Assembly (NCBI RefSeq): GCF_006345805.1
Contig: NC_043013.1
Location: 58,032,001 to 58,096,000 of the forward strand
Length of the DNA: 64,000 nucleotides
Direction: 5' to 3'
Source of the DNA: Octopus sinensis
Taxonomy: Eukaryota
Shown in pieces: positions 13,859 through 27,754 of this stretch. Below the pieces are notes generated by a model, which saw only the letters and a program-made list of their open reading frames with translations, was not told where the DNA came from and did no database searches. Every line of letters starts with the position of its first letter. Within the stretch, counting starts at the first letter, position 1. The translations under genes were made by a program, and so were the position numbers.

Positions 13859-15319
13859 TATATAATGCGCTGATAATAGTAATTATATTAAGAACTACAC
13901 ACATTAACAAAAGTAATAATCACAAAGAAAAGTAAAAGTAAAAGCTGAGAGCCATAACCATAAAAGAAATGAATATTAAGCTAATAAACTGGTGCATGGA
14001 AAGGGATAAGAAATTCCATCGGAACAATAAGTGCTCTTCATATCATTATTATCCTCATCAACCATCATCATCGTCGTCATCGCCACCACCACCACCAACA
14101 TCACCATCACCATCATCATTGTCATCGCTATCATCATCGTCATTAACTATTTTCTTCCGTTCATCATCAGCGTCATCAATATTAATATGATTGTGTGGAA
14201 CAACCACCGACATCATCATCACCCAAAATGACATCCACCAATACTTCTCAAACGAAACACATAAACTAAAAACTATAATAATCCCATACAGAATCACACA
14301 AAAAACTCCCTTTTATTCCTACTATTATAGTAATATCCCAACCCAGCCATCCGGTCTCCACGCACCATTCCCCTATTCTTTATGGGGGCCAATCAATGAG
14401 GCAATTTTGTACCTACCTCCTTATTAAAAACTAAAAAAAGATAGAATTTTCAATCATTTTTAGCTGTATTTTTCACTCCTAAATATCATTCCCCCCCACC
14501 TTCTTTTTGTAGCTGGAGGCAATTTACCAGCTGCTCGGGTTTCTTCTCTACTCTAAACATAACATTGCTACTTTTTTAACTCGATTGATTTCTTCACGCA
14601 GAAACACGCCGACGACTATAATTTCTTTCATCCACGCTCTCTTTCCATCTCTCTACATACGTTTGTGTATGTATGTGTGTGTGCGTGCGTATATATATAT
14701 ATATATAAAATGTATATAATGTATATATATATACATGTATGTATATATGTAAGTAGATCTCAAAATATATGTACACAAACATATATATACACAAACACTT
14801 TGTGTGTGTGTGTGTGTGTCTGTCTGTCTGTCTGTCTGTCTGTTCGTGTGTGCACGTGTATGTGTGTAGGCGAGGTGTATTTATGAGCAGCTGTAAAAAT
14901 CAATAACTATGTAATACATGAACTTCCTGATCTATCCTAATTCCTTTTGTGTCTATTGTACTTATTCCATTTAGCTTCTCAAAGACTGCCTACTGTTCGA
15001 CAAGAACATGCTTTGCAACAGAAACATTATATCATGGCTACAGGAAAATGTCGTTCGCTTTTTCGTTGGTTTTATTAATAGACTTTTTATTGTCTAATTT
15101 TAAGGGTTTTCGCCGTACACGTTGTTTCTTTGTTACTGTTGTTTTTCTTTTCATTTATTTTAAATAATAGAATTTTCATTCCCATGTTCCGGGTTTTATT
15201 TCTTCGTTCGTATGTTTTTTTTACAGACAAATGTTAAAAGCTGTGATTAACCGATATATTTTAGTAAAGTTTAAGTATTCATACAAATAATAATACAGAT
15301 ACACACACATATATCATAT

Positions 15320-16201
15320 ACGATGAGCAAATTTTCACCATTTTATATTTCTAATTTCACGCTTTCACGCATGTGCATTGTGTTTTTTTTTTAATGTTGA
15401 CGACTAGACAGCATAGTAGGGCCAGTTGGGCACCGTATGTAAGAAAAATCGCACCATGACGCAATTCATTGTGTCAGAAATTTGGAAATGACATGCTATA
15501 CTGCTTGGCATTCGCACCGGAAGCAAGAATAAAACCATTTCAGAGTGTTTGGGTGTCAATCTGAGGAGAGTGCATTCTGGGACATGTACCGTGAGTAATG
15601 AAAACCAAACTTCCAATAAACATCATGGTGCTTGGTGTGATGGTGACTCTATACCTCCATTCATCTTCCCACACGGCTTCAGACTCAACACGGAGGCTTA
15701 CATCGATGCCTGGAGGAGATAGTGCTGTCCTTGGTCAAGATGGTGGCTGCTGGAAGATCCTATGTCTGGCAACAGGCCTTTGCACCATACCACATAAGCA
15801 GGAGAATCCCAGTCATGGCTGTCAGACTATTTATGTGACCACATCACCCATAACATCTGACCAACTTACTCCCCAGACTGCAACCTCCTTGATTTTTATG
15901 TGTGAGTGCAGTTGAGCGAGAGACCAACAAAACTCTTCGTATCACCAAAGATGAACTGAAATCAAGGATTATGGCAGCATTCACCAACTGAAACAAAGTG
16001 ACTCTTCCAGAAGAGTTGCAGGAAGTTCCGAAGTTGTCTGGAGGCCGTGGTGAAGCCAATGGGCGATTTTATTAAATAAATTTACTCTAATATTTCGAGA
16101 ATATTTTTATGAAATTTTGGTAAATATATCTGTTAAAATGAGATGTCAATTTTATTTTCATTTTTGCGTAATTTAGACAACACTTTATTCATTGCACCCT
16201 G
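15320..16201 (+). mobile_element. maT/DD37D mariner-like transposon, internally deleted and decayed
   Basis: The 5' part matches 2967-3200. The catalytic remnant reads ...SPDCNLLDFYV... The right TIR ends ...ttattcattgcaccctg|TA at 16201. Confidence 0.85.
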
Positions 16202-17199
16202 TATACATATATACATGCACACACACATACAGACGCGCATATTGAGAGAGAGTAGAATAGATAGACAGATAGATAATCCAAACATACGAACACAGATATA
16301 GGCATATAAAGACAGAATGAGAAAGAGAAGGTGAGAAAAAGAAGAAAGAAAGGTGGTGTGACCTTCTGATGAAATGTTTAAAGAACTGGAAACATCTGAT
16401 TAAAACACACGACCTCTATTCCAGCAGCTGATCTCTAACGAGTTGTTTCCACCCGATCTTGAGGTTTATTTCGAACTTTTGAAACCTGAAGTTCAAAGTA
16501 GCTTCATTCTTCCTGAAGGAGAATAAAAGTGAACCACGTAACAATGATATATCGTATAAGCTATACAAACAATACAAACTCTTTCACGTCGTCCTTAATG
16601 CGTCAGTGTGATTGCTACAATTCTGAAAATCACAAAAAATGTGTGTAAAACTGAATGTTACCCTGTGTATACTGAATTTGGAGAGACGGTGTGATGGGTG
16701 ATTTTATCCTTCAAGCTACGAGCTGTAAACCAATATTGCAGCAGAAGGAAGGGTTGCTTTATCTAAGATTTCTTTATTTCATAAGAAACTGAGAAACGTT
16801 TTAATAATGTTATTTCAGGATTTTTAATTTCCGCACGTTGGTGATATAATCCTCTATTAATAAGTATAACTCGATTATATTTATGAAGCTAGATAGCTGT
16901 TAAATCTAGGATAAAATCACGAAAACTGATGATAGTTGATTCGGTAGATACAAATGGAACTGCTGTAAAAGGTGATAATGAGCTCCCGAATTTTTCTAAT
17001 GTGTCTGCATTGGCGTTAAACGTACAAAGTCGCATACACATGCACTTACTTCATTACGCCCACACACACACATACGCATGTCTATGGAGAGACACGCACG
17101 CACACATGAGAGATCCATACGCACAAACACATGCTTGCTCACACATATAGCAGGCCACTGTTGTGCCCCTTTCCACCCACGCCTCAAGCCAACTTCTTC

Positions 17200-17359
17200 C
17201 TCTTCTGGTCATTTAAGCATGTACTGACCATCTAATTGAGGCACGGTTTTTCTTTTCTCTCTGCTTTTTTGTCTCCTCATTTTTCCTTTTTGTATACGAG
17301 CGTGTGCTCGAAACGTCAAAAACGTCTTCAAATTTCCCAAAGTGTCAATCTAATCTAAG

Positions 17360-17360
<1 letters not shown>
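17200..17360 (+). mobile_element. Decayed PLE terminal-repeat fragment with a hammerhead-like remnant
   Basis: gagc-gtgt-gctc-gaaac-gtc at 17298-17317 is preceded by a pyrimidine tract as at 34360-34410 and followed by (TA)n. Confidence 0.55.
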
Positions 17361-17432
<72 letters not shown>

Positions 17433-18230
17433 ATATATTCTTATTTTAAAGAAAAATTGTCCATAGGATCATTTTCTAATTACTTCCATTAAATCCTCAT
17501 CAGAAACAAACTGATAGCTATCACTCTGAAGTTTCACTATAAGTTATATAGTTCATTTTAGTTTTTATGGACTAATCACTTACATTAAAGTAACGTACTG
17601 GACTTAAGGTGCTCAGGACTGTTACAGATGATATATTGACAGCCATTCGGTTCACTAAAACACCACCCCAAGGAAAGGGACCAACGCTTGTCTTGGAGCT
17701 GTAGAGAAGATCATTTCACTGAAACTTCAACAACCATCTTGTTTACTTTTCATAGTCCAAGACTGCAGCTGAGAAAAGATATCGGGAAACTCTTAAAATT
17801 CGCATAACCCATCGTATCAATAACACTCTGCCCAGAGAGGGTGATCTTTTCAAATGTCACCAAACAGGTGATTATATGGGAACGGATTGTTCCATTAGAA
17901 GAACAGAGAGAGAAAGCTCATGAGTGGACGTTTGCCGAATACCAATCCCTGATAGAGCAGTGCAGATATCGTTGAAGGTAGCAGATATCGTTGCAAGGCA
18001 GCAGAAGTGCGCTGTCGGGGTTTATTACGGCGTTTATTCTGCACGTCTTCTTGGAGATAGTGGTGCAGCAAAAAGGAAGACCATATTTTTTGGATGGATC
18101 AACTGGGAGTAGGAGGTCTAATATTCAAAGACGGGAGACCCCTGGAAACCCAGGAATATCACTGACAATTCCCCCATGGTATTTGCGAGATGTATCTTAA
18201 AATTCTGTGTGTGTGTGTGTGTGTGTGTTT

Positions 18231-18410
18231 GAAGGTGCATGACCTGGTATGCACTCACGAATGTGGGGTCATGGTTTTGATTCTCAGACTGGATGCATGT
18301 TGTGCTCTCGAACAAAACACTTTATTTCCCATTACTCCAGTGCACCCAGCTGTAAATGGGTAACCCTGCTACGGACCAGCCCTCCGATCAGTGGGATGTT
18401 AGCCTGCTAT
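18231..18410 (+). mobile_element. tRNA-derived SINE with an (ACAT)n tail
   Basis: tRNA-like head gaaggtgcatgacc...gcactcacga...ggttttgattctcagactgg, then a cacccagctgtaaatgggtaaccctgc core, then (ACAT)n at 18411-18515. Confidence 0.6.
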
Positions 18411-20171
18411 ACATACATACATACATACATACATACACGCTTGCATACATACACACATACATACATACATACATACATACATACATACATACATACATAC
18501 ATACATACATACATAAATGCATGCATGCATACACACGCACCATTAATACATACATACATACTTGAAGTGTTTAATAATCTTATCGCACATTTTACATTTC
18601 TCTTTATCGGTCAAATAACTATCTTCAATACAATAGATTAAACAAACCCTCTGAAACTTGGGCCCACTTTTTGGGCCAAAGTTCAATAATTTGGTCAAAG
18701 TAATTAAGGCAAGACTAATACCTCAGATTTCAAATAGCAAAATTTCAGAAACATAGCAGAAGATATGCCTCTGGGCGTTATTTGACTTTGCAAAACTACA
18801 AATATTTCACTAAATGTGCATATTATCCTTGTGTTGCTGGGCATTGTTGTAAATTCAACCACTTCCAGCGTTCTTTGCGTTTTTATTTTTTATTTTCAAA
18901 ATGACATTTCTTACTATGAATAGCAATCTAAAGATCACAATATCTCCGAGAATAATTAATGTAATAAGCTGTAATTTGCATGCATATTACATTGATACCG
19001 ACCTGCCTAGTTACTATTCAACCGTGATTAGACACACCTCATTTGTTCATTTCCAAGAGACACTTAAATGCTATTACCCAGGGGTAAAAAAACACTTGAA
19101 ATGTTTCATATGAATATGAGCGACCCCACAACAAAATCTAGGCCAACTTCATCAATGACTTTGATTCAGCATCTAGTCTTTACCCAAATCTGTTGGCATT
19201 CCAAGATAGAGCATATTATCTTTGAAAGTTCGGTCGAAAAATTGACCTAAAATACGAGTATGTTTTCCTTGTCGGTCATTTTCATTTTATAATTCGGTAA
19301 TGAATAGATAATGCGGAAATTTGAATGTGTTTGTTGATAGAACTAAAATCGTTCTTGATGTATGCCATATTTGGTTTGCCTGGGTTTTATTCCCGTTTAG
19401 TGAGAGCATCTTCAATTTAGGAGTTTTTTCCTACATTTAAGGTGTTGGTATTGCCAAGAACCATACTAGGAATGGAGCCAATGAGGACACTGGTATTGGA
19501 TATGATGGCCGCGATTTATTCCAAACAATTAGAAAATGTTTTTTGATAAATTAAGTTCATAATGTAAAACAATTTTATTTCAATTTTCTCTCAAAATACT
19601 TAAACTTGAAATTTCTATCGCCGAGAAAATTTGCTACCATTCCAGCTTTCTCAGTAATTGTTCATTCTTGAACATTTTTCGATACCTTCCAAAATGGCGA
19701 TAAGTGGCAAACAGGAGTTCATCTACATAATATATATATATATATATATATCCATTGTTTTCTTTCCGCTATCAAAGTTAAATGAGGTGAATACCAAATG
19801 AACGAGTTCTATAAAACATTATTTCAAAGTTCCCTTTCATTCAGGTAGAAGTTTACAGTTTCTTGTTGTTGTTTATATGTATTTTATATATATTTAAATA
19901 TTATAATTATTTATATAAATTTAATTTTACTACAAATACTTTTCTCCGTTTTTGAAACAAGATTTAGAATACATATAAAATCACTGGGAAAAATTGTTAA
20001 TAAAACTCTAAAAGAAAAACATCACTTTTCGTCGGTGAAAGTAAAGTAGGTTTCAAATATAAACAAATTTTTATATATTTATAATTCGTGTTTACTTGGA
20101 TGCTTTAGAAATTTTCATTAAGCTCGCACGCGCACACAAATACACACATGCATGTACATACATTCACAGAC

Positions 20172-20228
<57 letters not shown>

Positions 20229-20941
20229 AACACATATATATCAATACACACATTTATATATGTAAATATCTGTAAATATATAAACTTGTAGGTAAGGTAA
20301 ACAGTGAAGCTAAGTGATGCAGCCATCTGACAGCGTTAATGTGTGAGACAAACAAAAGACATTTCATAACAGCTCTAACCTGTCAATATTTCTATTAACA
20401 AATCTTTTAGTTTCCATTATTATTTAGTTTCATTTTTTCCATTTTTCATTTCCCCTTCCCCATCACTTTATTTCTATTGTCGATATTTTAGGACTATAAC
20501 GATATATGTATATTAATATCGATATATATCTGTGTGTGTGTTTGTGTGCTTTTATTATGAGGATGGTTTTAAGGAGTATGCGTGCATAAATGATTAACTA
20601 ATGTCAACAGCAATCTGAATTTTAAATCCCTGCACACGTTGTATAAATTGTTACAATATCCTGGCCATTAAAATGTTTTCCTCTTGGTTTTCTACATTGC
20701 AGAAAGCCGTCATATCAACTCGCTAGCTGTCATTAAGAAATTCATTCACGCGTGGAGATAAGATTCTCCCATCAATACACGACACGGCACAACTTCAATT
20801 TACAGCTGTTGTTTGACTCTCGACGTCATTTTTTTGTGTGCTTTAGGAGATTTTATTTTCAAGTAGAATTTCCGAGGTTCGTTTTAGCGTTTGTTGGATG
20901 TTCGTATAGTCCAGACAGATAATGAATTAATAATAATAATG

Positions 20942-20973
<32 letters not shown>

Positions 20974-21071
20974 GAGGATGATGATGATGATAAAAATTAT
21001 ATGTTGATAATGTACATATACATACATGCACACACTCACACACACACATATATATACACATACATATATAT

Positions 21072-21192
21072 ATAACGGGAAGCTTTATGAAAATAAACAA
21101 AAGACGAAGGCAGGTGGAAAACAAACGAACAATTGTATTAGTATGGCGCTCAGGAAATATAAATAAAACAAGTCTTTAACGTTTCGAGCCTA
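21072..21192 (-). mobile_element. 5'-truncated solo terminal piece of the same young PLE subfamily as 31915-34545
   Basis: The reverse complement matches 34422-34543 with 2 mismatches in ~121 nt by eye. It begins at taggctcgaaacgttaaagac and is flanked by TA-rich repeats. Confidence 0.8.
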
Positions 21193-21230
21193 TACATATA
21201 CATCTATGTATATATATGTCTGTCTATCTG

Positions 21231-21343
<113 letters not shown>

Positions 21344-22489
21344 ATACATGTATGCATACATACACACATAACATTATATTTAAGTTATCAACCTGTTAAG
21401 AAATAGGTTTAAATGTAACCGAGTTGGTTTCACAGCAATCTGAACTCAATTCCCACTTGTATCAACAATATTATTATATTTACATTTCTCGAACAAATCT
21501 ATTACTGTTATCTATTTAATTCTATTTATATTATCGCTGCTCCAATTACAGGGTGTCAGCGTTGCAACTTCTATTTCTCCCATAATATTTGTCTTCGTCT
21601 CTTTCAGACTGCTTGCGGTGAAATGTGATATACAAGTTACATAACTTTAGTGTACGATTTTCTTGAGATATAATCATAATACAGCGTAATCTATGATGAT
21701 AAAAATATATTCTATTTTCCGAAAAGAAAATAATCCACTGGGTATTGCATCACCTAATTATTTCTCAACACTAACAATCACATTATTTAGTTTGTCTGTC
21801 GACTCTATTATTTTTAGAATGAAATTTGGCCTGCTTTGAGTGGCTAATCTAAGTGGAATAATATTCATTCAGTCCTTTATTCTTTCACTACCATCAATTG
21901 TTGTATCGGAACCATGCTGGAGCATTAGTGTTTAAGTGTTATTATCTGTTCTTGTTATTATAAAGGTCATCATTTGTCAAACCACTTATTTATGAAAGAT
22001 GAACAACCGTAGAAACTGTCGGTTGTTTCAGGAACTTGTCTGTGAGGACCCAGGTTCGATATTTGCACGAAATCTGGACATCTGTCCTCAGCCTGGAGCC
22101 GGTGCCAGAATATCGAACAAAAGCAAAAATACTTTTAGAATGAAATCTTTCGCCGGAGATGTTAAAAGGGCGCAGGATTCTGGCTTCAATTCAAGTGTCT
22201 GTTTTCATCACCATCCACCACTGACTCCACTTTCAGAAGTGTGGTTCAGGAGGTAGGCGCCTATAGAATATTCAGCCACTCCGACACGCCTCATTTACGC
22301 GTTGGTCGTTTAGATGTTCGTAAACCTCAACATACACTTGTCGTTCGTCGATGGGTAGGACATTCTATATGTAGGTGTGTAAGTGTTTACGTGTATGCAT
22401 GCGTATATAGGTATTTATGTACATATCTACATATACATTTATATGCATGTATATATATATATATACATACATGCATATATATATATAAA

Positions 22490-22690
22490 TATATAGGGAG
22501 AATTCACATAAAAACAAAAGGTGGAGACAGCTGGGGTAGACGACAAACACATGTATTAGTTTAATGTTTGGGAAGTGAAACGGTCTTTAACGTTTCAAAC
22601 CTACGCTCTTCAACAGAAAGGAACTCAGAAAGAAACAAGGAGAGAAAATAAAGAATGTATGGTGGCTAGTGATCTATCATGGCGATATGT
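22490..22690 (-). mobile_element. PLE terminal-repeat (pLTR) fragment with a hammerhead-like variant
   Basis: The - strand reads ctttctgttgaagagcgtaggtttgaaacgttaaagac (22584-22620) plus the family 3' tail ending in (TA)n. Confidence 0.75.
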
Positions 22691-23234
22691 ATACATACAT
22701 ACATACACACACACATACACACATACATACATACATACGTACATACATACGCATATGTGGAAAGCAAAGTTGTACAGGGAACGCTACTAATTTTAAAATT
22801 GCTGTTAAGAAATTTGACGTCATAGTGCGAGAGAAGACAAGAAAGAGAGAAAGAGTGAAAGGGAATTAAAGGATAAATGGAGTTGTAAGTAAATAGAGAA
22901 TAAATTTTAGATAAAAAGAAAAGATGAAAGATAGAATAGGAGGTAAGTAAGAATAAAGATTAAGTAGCAGCTATTATTAGGTAAGAGGTAGATATTCTTT
23001 GAAATAGCTGAAAGATTTTTTCCAGTGTAAACACGTTCTTTATAGGTGTTGGCCAGTGTATGTTTTGAAAAGGGGATAAATAGTTGTTCGTCCATAAAAC
23101 GATGTCAAAATTATTTCCCTTTATTATAGGGAAATGACCTTGATAAAATTTTCCAATCTAAAGTAAATTCAGTTCTATATTTAAGAATGTAAATAATATA
23201 AAGAAAATGGTCTTTTAGAGTATTTGAGATTCTT

Positions 23235-23284
<50 letters not shown>

Positions 23285-23285
<1 letters not shown>

Positions 23286-24060
23286 GAATAATGGGAAATG
23301 GCGACAAACACTCAAGATGTTATTTAAATCATTTCTATCATCATGTCACTGACATATGTTTCAATAGATGCATTCAAATAAATCCGAGAGGATGAATAAA
23401 GTGGAAAAAACAAACCTGTAGAATCGCGTTTATGACTGTATTTAAATGTGGAAAGGTGATTCGCGATACACCGTTTGAATTCAGTAGAAGCAAATCCGAT
23501 ATAAAAGAGTTATTTTGATCCAGAGGTAATTTTGCATTGGTTAACAGTGTTTGTAATTCTGCAATTTCCGTTGAGGGCAAAAGTCTTATTCGGACCACAG
23601 TTACAAAGACTATTACTGTTGATACCGTTAGCTAAGGAGAGATTATCGTTATTATTATTGATATTAATACAGTTATTAAGTGAAACCCTTTTACCCTTAA
23701 GAATATAGTTGTTATGCGAGGATATAATCTGTAGGAGTTTATTGGTGTAGTAAATCGAATTCTGATACAGTCGGTGTTGAAAATGGAATGGCACTTGGAA
23801 TTTTTGGGAAAGTCCCTTTCGGACGAAACAGGCAGGAAGGTAACTTTCATTTTGTTTTCCGTATAGAACAATCAGCCAAATAGTTTATGGAGAGATTTGT
23901 TATTAAAAGACTTGGAGATTTTTTTATATTTTACAATGTGAAGAAGTATAGTAACTTCCATTAGACTGTTTGTTTTTAAATTCCTGAAGATAAGGCCTTC
24001 GGCTATTTTCATATAAGGGGTTTATTGTCCGGATTATTGTCAACGGGAGGAACAATATAG

Positions 24061-24117
<57 letters not shown>

Positions 24118-25045
24118 GCAGTAGTAGTAGTAGTAGCAGCAGCTGCATAATTAATATTATCTAGAAAATTAGAGGTAGAACCAGGATCGAGATGGTTATA
24201 CCACTTAATTTGTTCCTTACATCTTACCTTAGGCTGAATTATAGAAATCAGCGTTGTTATTGAAAACGTTTACATTGGCATTTAATTTAGAGATTCTAAG
24301 CCATATGTTTTTAACTAATTTTTTTATTATATTGGTAGGGTGATTGCTAAAAATGTTCATGTATTTTAGGTTGGTTAAAGGTTTGTGGTAAGGGAAATAT
24401 AAGGATGTATTTAAGTTGAGCGTAAGGTCAAGAAAATTTACCTTTGTTCTATCATCATCGAAGGTGGCGATATAAATTGCAGAGGATATATAGGAATCCT
24501 CTGATAGAATATAAACACCAACCAAATCAGTTATTTGCGCTGAGTCAGATGACCCAATAGATATATCAAAGCATATTTTTTCATAATTTTCTTAGTTTCT
24601 AGCCTTTCAGATAGCATTTTTACAAGTAGTCTTGTCTGTGTTTAATTGATACAAGTTACCAATCGTATCCGATTGAACAAAGAGGCCTTCCATGCTGCTT
24701 ATTTCTTTGGTAATATTATGTAGATATCTTAGATGTTTATTCCTTAAGGGTGAACGACGGAATTTAATATTCTCAAGAATAGATCCTCTTCAAACTGGTT
24801 TAAACTTGGTTTAGGAGGAGGATTATTGTTAGATTTGAACAATTTATAAATTCAGAATGTTGATCATTGGACGGTGGCTTATTATCGAAGAAGAAAGCTT
24901 ACCATCTGATACGATTAGGGAAAGAGTTAGTCTTATTGATGAGTTGTTTAAGGAAAACCTTTCTTGAGGGAATAGGTATATCTTTGAGAGAGGCGTTATT
25001 ACTAAAGTTCCCCATTTGCAGTGACTATTCCTCTGGATCTTTCCT
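23285..25045 (-). mobile_element. Naiad-like Penelope-like element, heavily decayed and internally deleted
   Basis: - strand remnants: SLKDIPIPS..RIRWKAFFF; FDISIGSSDSAQITDLVGVYIL; FLDLTLNL..PYHKP..SNHP; FPKNSKCHSIFN; CNCGPNKTFALNGNC (CxC-x5-[C>F]-x5-C). (TA)n at both ends. Confidence 0.7.
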
Positions 25046-25057
25046 ATAAATTGAACA

Positions 25058-25123
<66 letters not shown>

Positions 25124-25129
25124 ATAGTA

Positions 25130-27327
25130 GAAATATGTTACAAAAAGAAAATATAAAATACACGTGGAAATGTATGGGTAAAATATGAAAAATCAACGAA
25201 AATGCACATTGCAAATAAGAAAAGGCTTTTTATGATAGGTAACGACAAATATATACATTTAGATGGACTGAGGTAGTAATAAGAGTCATAAAAGTCATTA
25301 TTATGAGATGATTATAAGATGATAACAAAGTAAGAGAACAGAACGGACCATGGTTTCGGCAAGAAGCTATTCATCGCTTTGAAAACACCGGCTAATACAC
25401 GGTGTCAGGTCTAATAGTTCCTGAGAAAAAAGATTATTTGTAAGGGAGGTAAGTAGTTCTGGATTATTTGTAAGGGAGGTAAGTAATTCTGGATTTAGAG
25501 ATGTGAGTGGTGTAGGAAGTGTATAGGGGTGAGTGATTTCAATTGAAAAGTTAGTGGTGTTCTGTATTGAGTTGTGTGTTCATATTTCGTTGGGGGAGAT
25601 ATTTATTGATGAAAAATGCCTCTTTATTCAACCTTTGTTGAATTGTGGTGTTCTGTGGACATTGATAAAAGGGAAAGATTTGGAAATTGGGATTAAGATT
25701 CCTGGCACACCTTTAACTGTCTGTATTGTGGGTGGCGGATTTGCTCTTTGTGAATGGTGGTTCTTTGACGGAGGGAAATTCCTGTTTGTCCAATATAGAG
25801 TTTACCACATCCTATGCATGTCATGACATAGATTACATTTGCTGAGGCGCAGGTGAAATTTGATTTGATCCTAAATATTTCTCCTTCTTTGAATTGGAAT
25901 TCCGAACCCTCCAGAAGGTGGGGGCATGTTCCACAGTTAGTACGTCGACATTTTGTGACTTTTGGCTCTGTTGTTAGTGGGTAAAGTCTAGCGCTGGTTA
26001 ATATTCTTTTCAATGAATTCGGTTGCTTTTTGCTTTTTATAATTTTATATGAGCTTAAAATTTCGTTCATTGTTTTGTCTGCTGTGAGGATGGGACGGTT
26101 TTGGGTGATGGTGTTGAAGGCTTCGTTGTTTCTGGGGTTATGTGTGGAGATGTACGGGAGTATTTTTAAGTCTTGTTTAGTATTTCGGCGAGTTTTCCTT
26201 AATCTTTGTATATCTATTTCCTTAGCTCTTTTGATGCCTTCATTTACTAATGAGATTGGGTAATGTCTTTTAGTTAATGTAGATCTAAGTTCGCTAGGTT
26301 AAAGGGTATGTTGATTTTTATGTGTTTGGGGTGGCAGGAGTTAAATAATAGGTATTGTTTAGAATCTGTGTGTTTATAAAAGATGTCTGTTTCTATGTGG
26401 TTGTTAACTATTCTAATTAAGATGTCTAGAAAAGGGATTTGTTTACTGTTGTGTTCCATAGTGAATTGTATATTGCTGTGTATGTTGTTGAACATACTTT
26501 TGAAATCAAGGAGTTGATCCATTCTGTCTTTCCAAAGTATGAAGCAATCATCCAAATATCTCTTCCAGTTCTCCTTTAAGTAGCAATTGAAGGAGGCGCC
26601 ATATTTTTCTAGTGATGATTGGTATAACTTAAGTTCGTGGTAACCCATTACGAGGTTTGCAATCACTGGAGCAGCACTGGTTCCCATTTCAATTCCACAT
26701 TTTTTTAATAGTAAGTAGTATCGAACAAGAAATGATTGTTCAGCAGGATGAACTTCAGTGCTTCAATTATAAAATTGTGGTTAATTCGTCCTGGGATCTC
26801 TTCTGGGTATTTTTCTAGCCAGAATGTGATTGCTTCTATACCATAGTCGTGTGGGGTATTGGTGTATAGATTCACCACATCGAAATACACCAGCAGGGTT
26901 CCGTCCTTTACTGTCTCCGAGAGGTGGTTCAGCATGTCTAGGTCATCCCTGATAAAACTTTTAGCATATTTTAAAAGAGGTTTGAGTAATATGTCGAGGA
27001 GGTTGCTCAAACGGTGGGTTTCACAAGAAGGGCCAGCTATGGTGGGTCTCAGTTTGAGTCAGTCGGGGTAGAGACATTAATGCATAGGCTTGTAGAGATT
27101 TGCAGATGTGTGGATTTTTATGTATTTTGGGTAATCCGTAGAATAGACAAGGACTGTATTAAAATTGGATAGATAGTCAATTTCATGTTTCGTAAGACCC
27201 TTTCCATGAATGTGGAGTAAGGAGGATAAGTTTTTCAGTGTTTTCTGTGGGTTGTTATATGTTAGTTTTTCATAGTAAGTATTATTTTCCAACATGGAAA
27301 GTATTAAATTTTTGTAGTACTCTGTAT

Positions 27328-27330
<3 letters not shown>
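25130..27330 (-). mobile_element. Neptune-like Penelope-like element, 5'-truncated and frameshifted (RT + GIY-YIG)
   Basis: FDVVNLYTN, MGTSAAP..ANLVMG, RYLDD, PFLDI, YKHTD..CHP; C-x4-C-x2-C linker; NVIYVMTCIGCGKLYIGQTG. The 3' UTR runs to (TA)n at ~25130 and the 5' end is at (TA)n ~27330. Confidence 0.9.
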
Positions 27331-27397
<67 letters not shown>

Positions 27398-27407
<10 letters not shown>

Positions 27408-27745
27408 ATTTATGTATGCATGTATGTATGCATGCATCTATGTATATATATATAAGTATGCATGCATGCATCTATGTGTATATATATGTATGTATGCATG
27501 CATTTATGTGTATTTATATATGTATGCATGCATGCATCTATGTGTATTTATATATGTGTGTATGCATCTATGTGTATATATATATGTATGTATGTATGCA
27601 TGCATCTGTGTATATATATATATATGTATGTATGTTTGCATGCATCTCTGTATATATATGTATGTATGCATGCATCTATGTGTATATATATGTATGTATG
27701 CATGCATGCATCGATCTATGTATATATAGATGTATGCATGCCCAA
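27398..27745. repeat. Compound minisatellite of ~30-34 nt units (tatgtatgcatgcatctatgtgtatatata-like)
   Basis: About ten imperfect units are visible directly. It produces the artefactual YVCMH-repeat ORFs in the track. Confidence 0.85.
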
Positions 27746-27754
27746 GCCTAGGTG

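Noticed and set aside
16366-16400. CTGATGA...GAAAC pair
   Set aside because: Stem II does not close, there is no GUH able to form stem III, and there is no stem I. It is a chance match.
17495-17540. Possible type II hammerhead arrangement on the minus strand
   Set aside because: The cleavage triplet would be GUG and stem II cannot pair.
17620-18150. Possible decayed transposon coding sequence
   Set aside because: No catalytic or family motif could be read in any frame.
21999-22256. 85-aa ORF in a locally GC-richer patch
   Set aside because: It has no recognisable motif or similarity that I can name. It is probably decayed repeat sequence.
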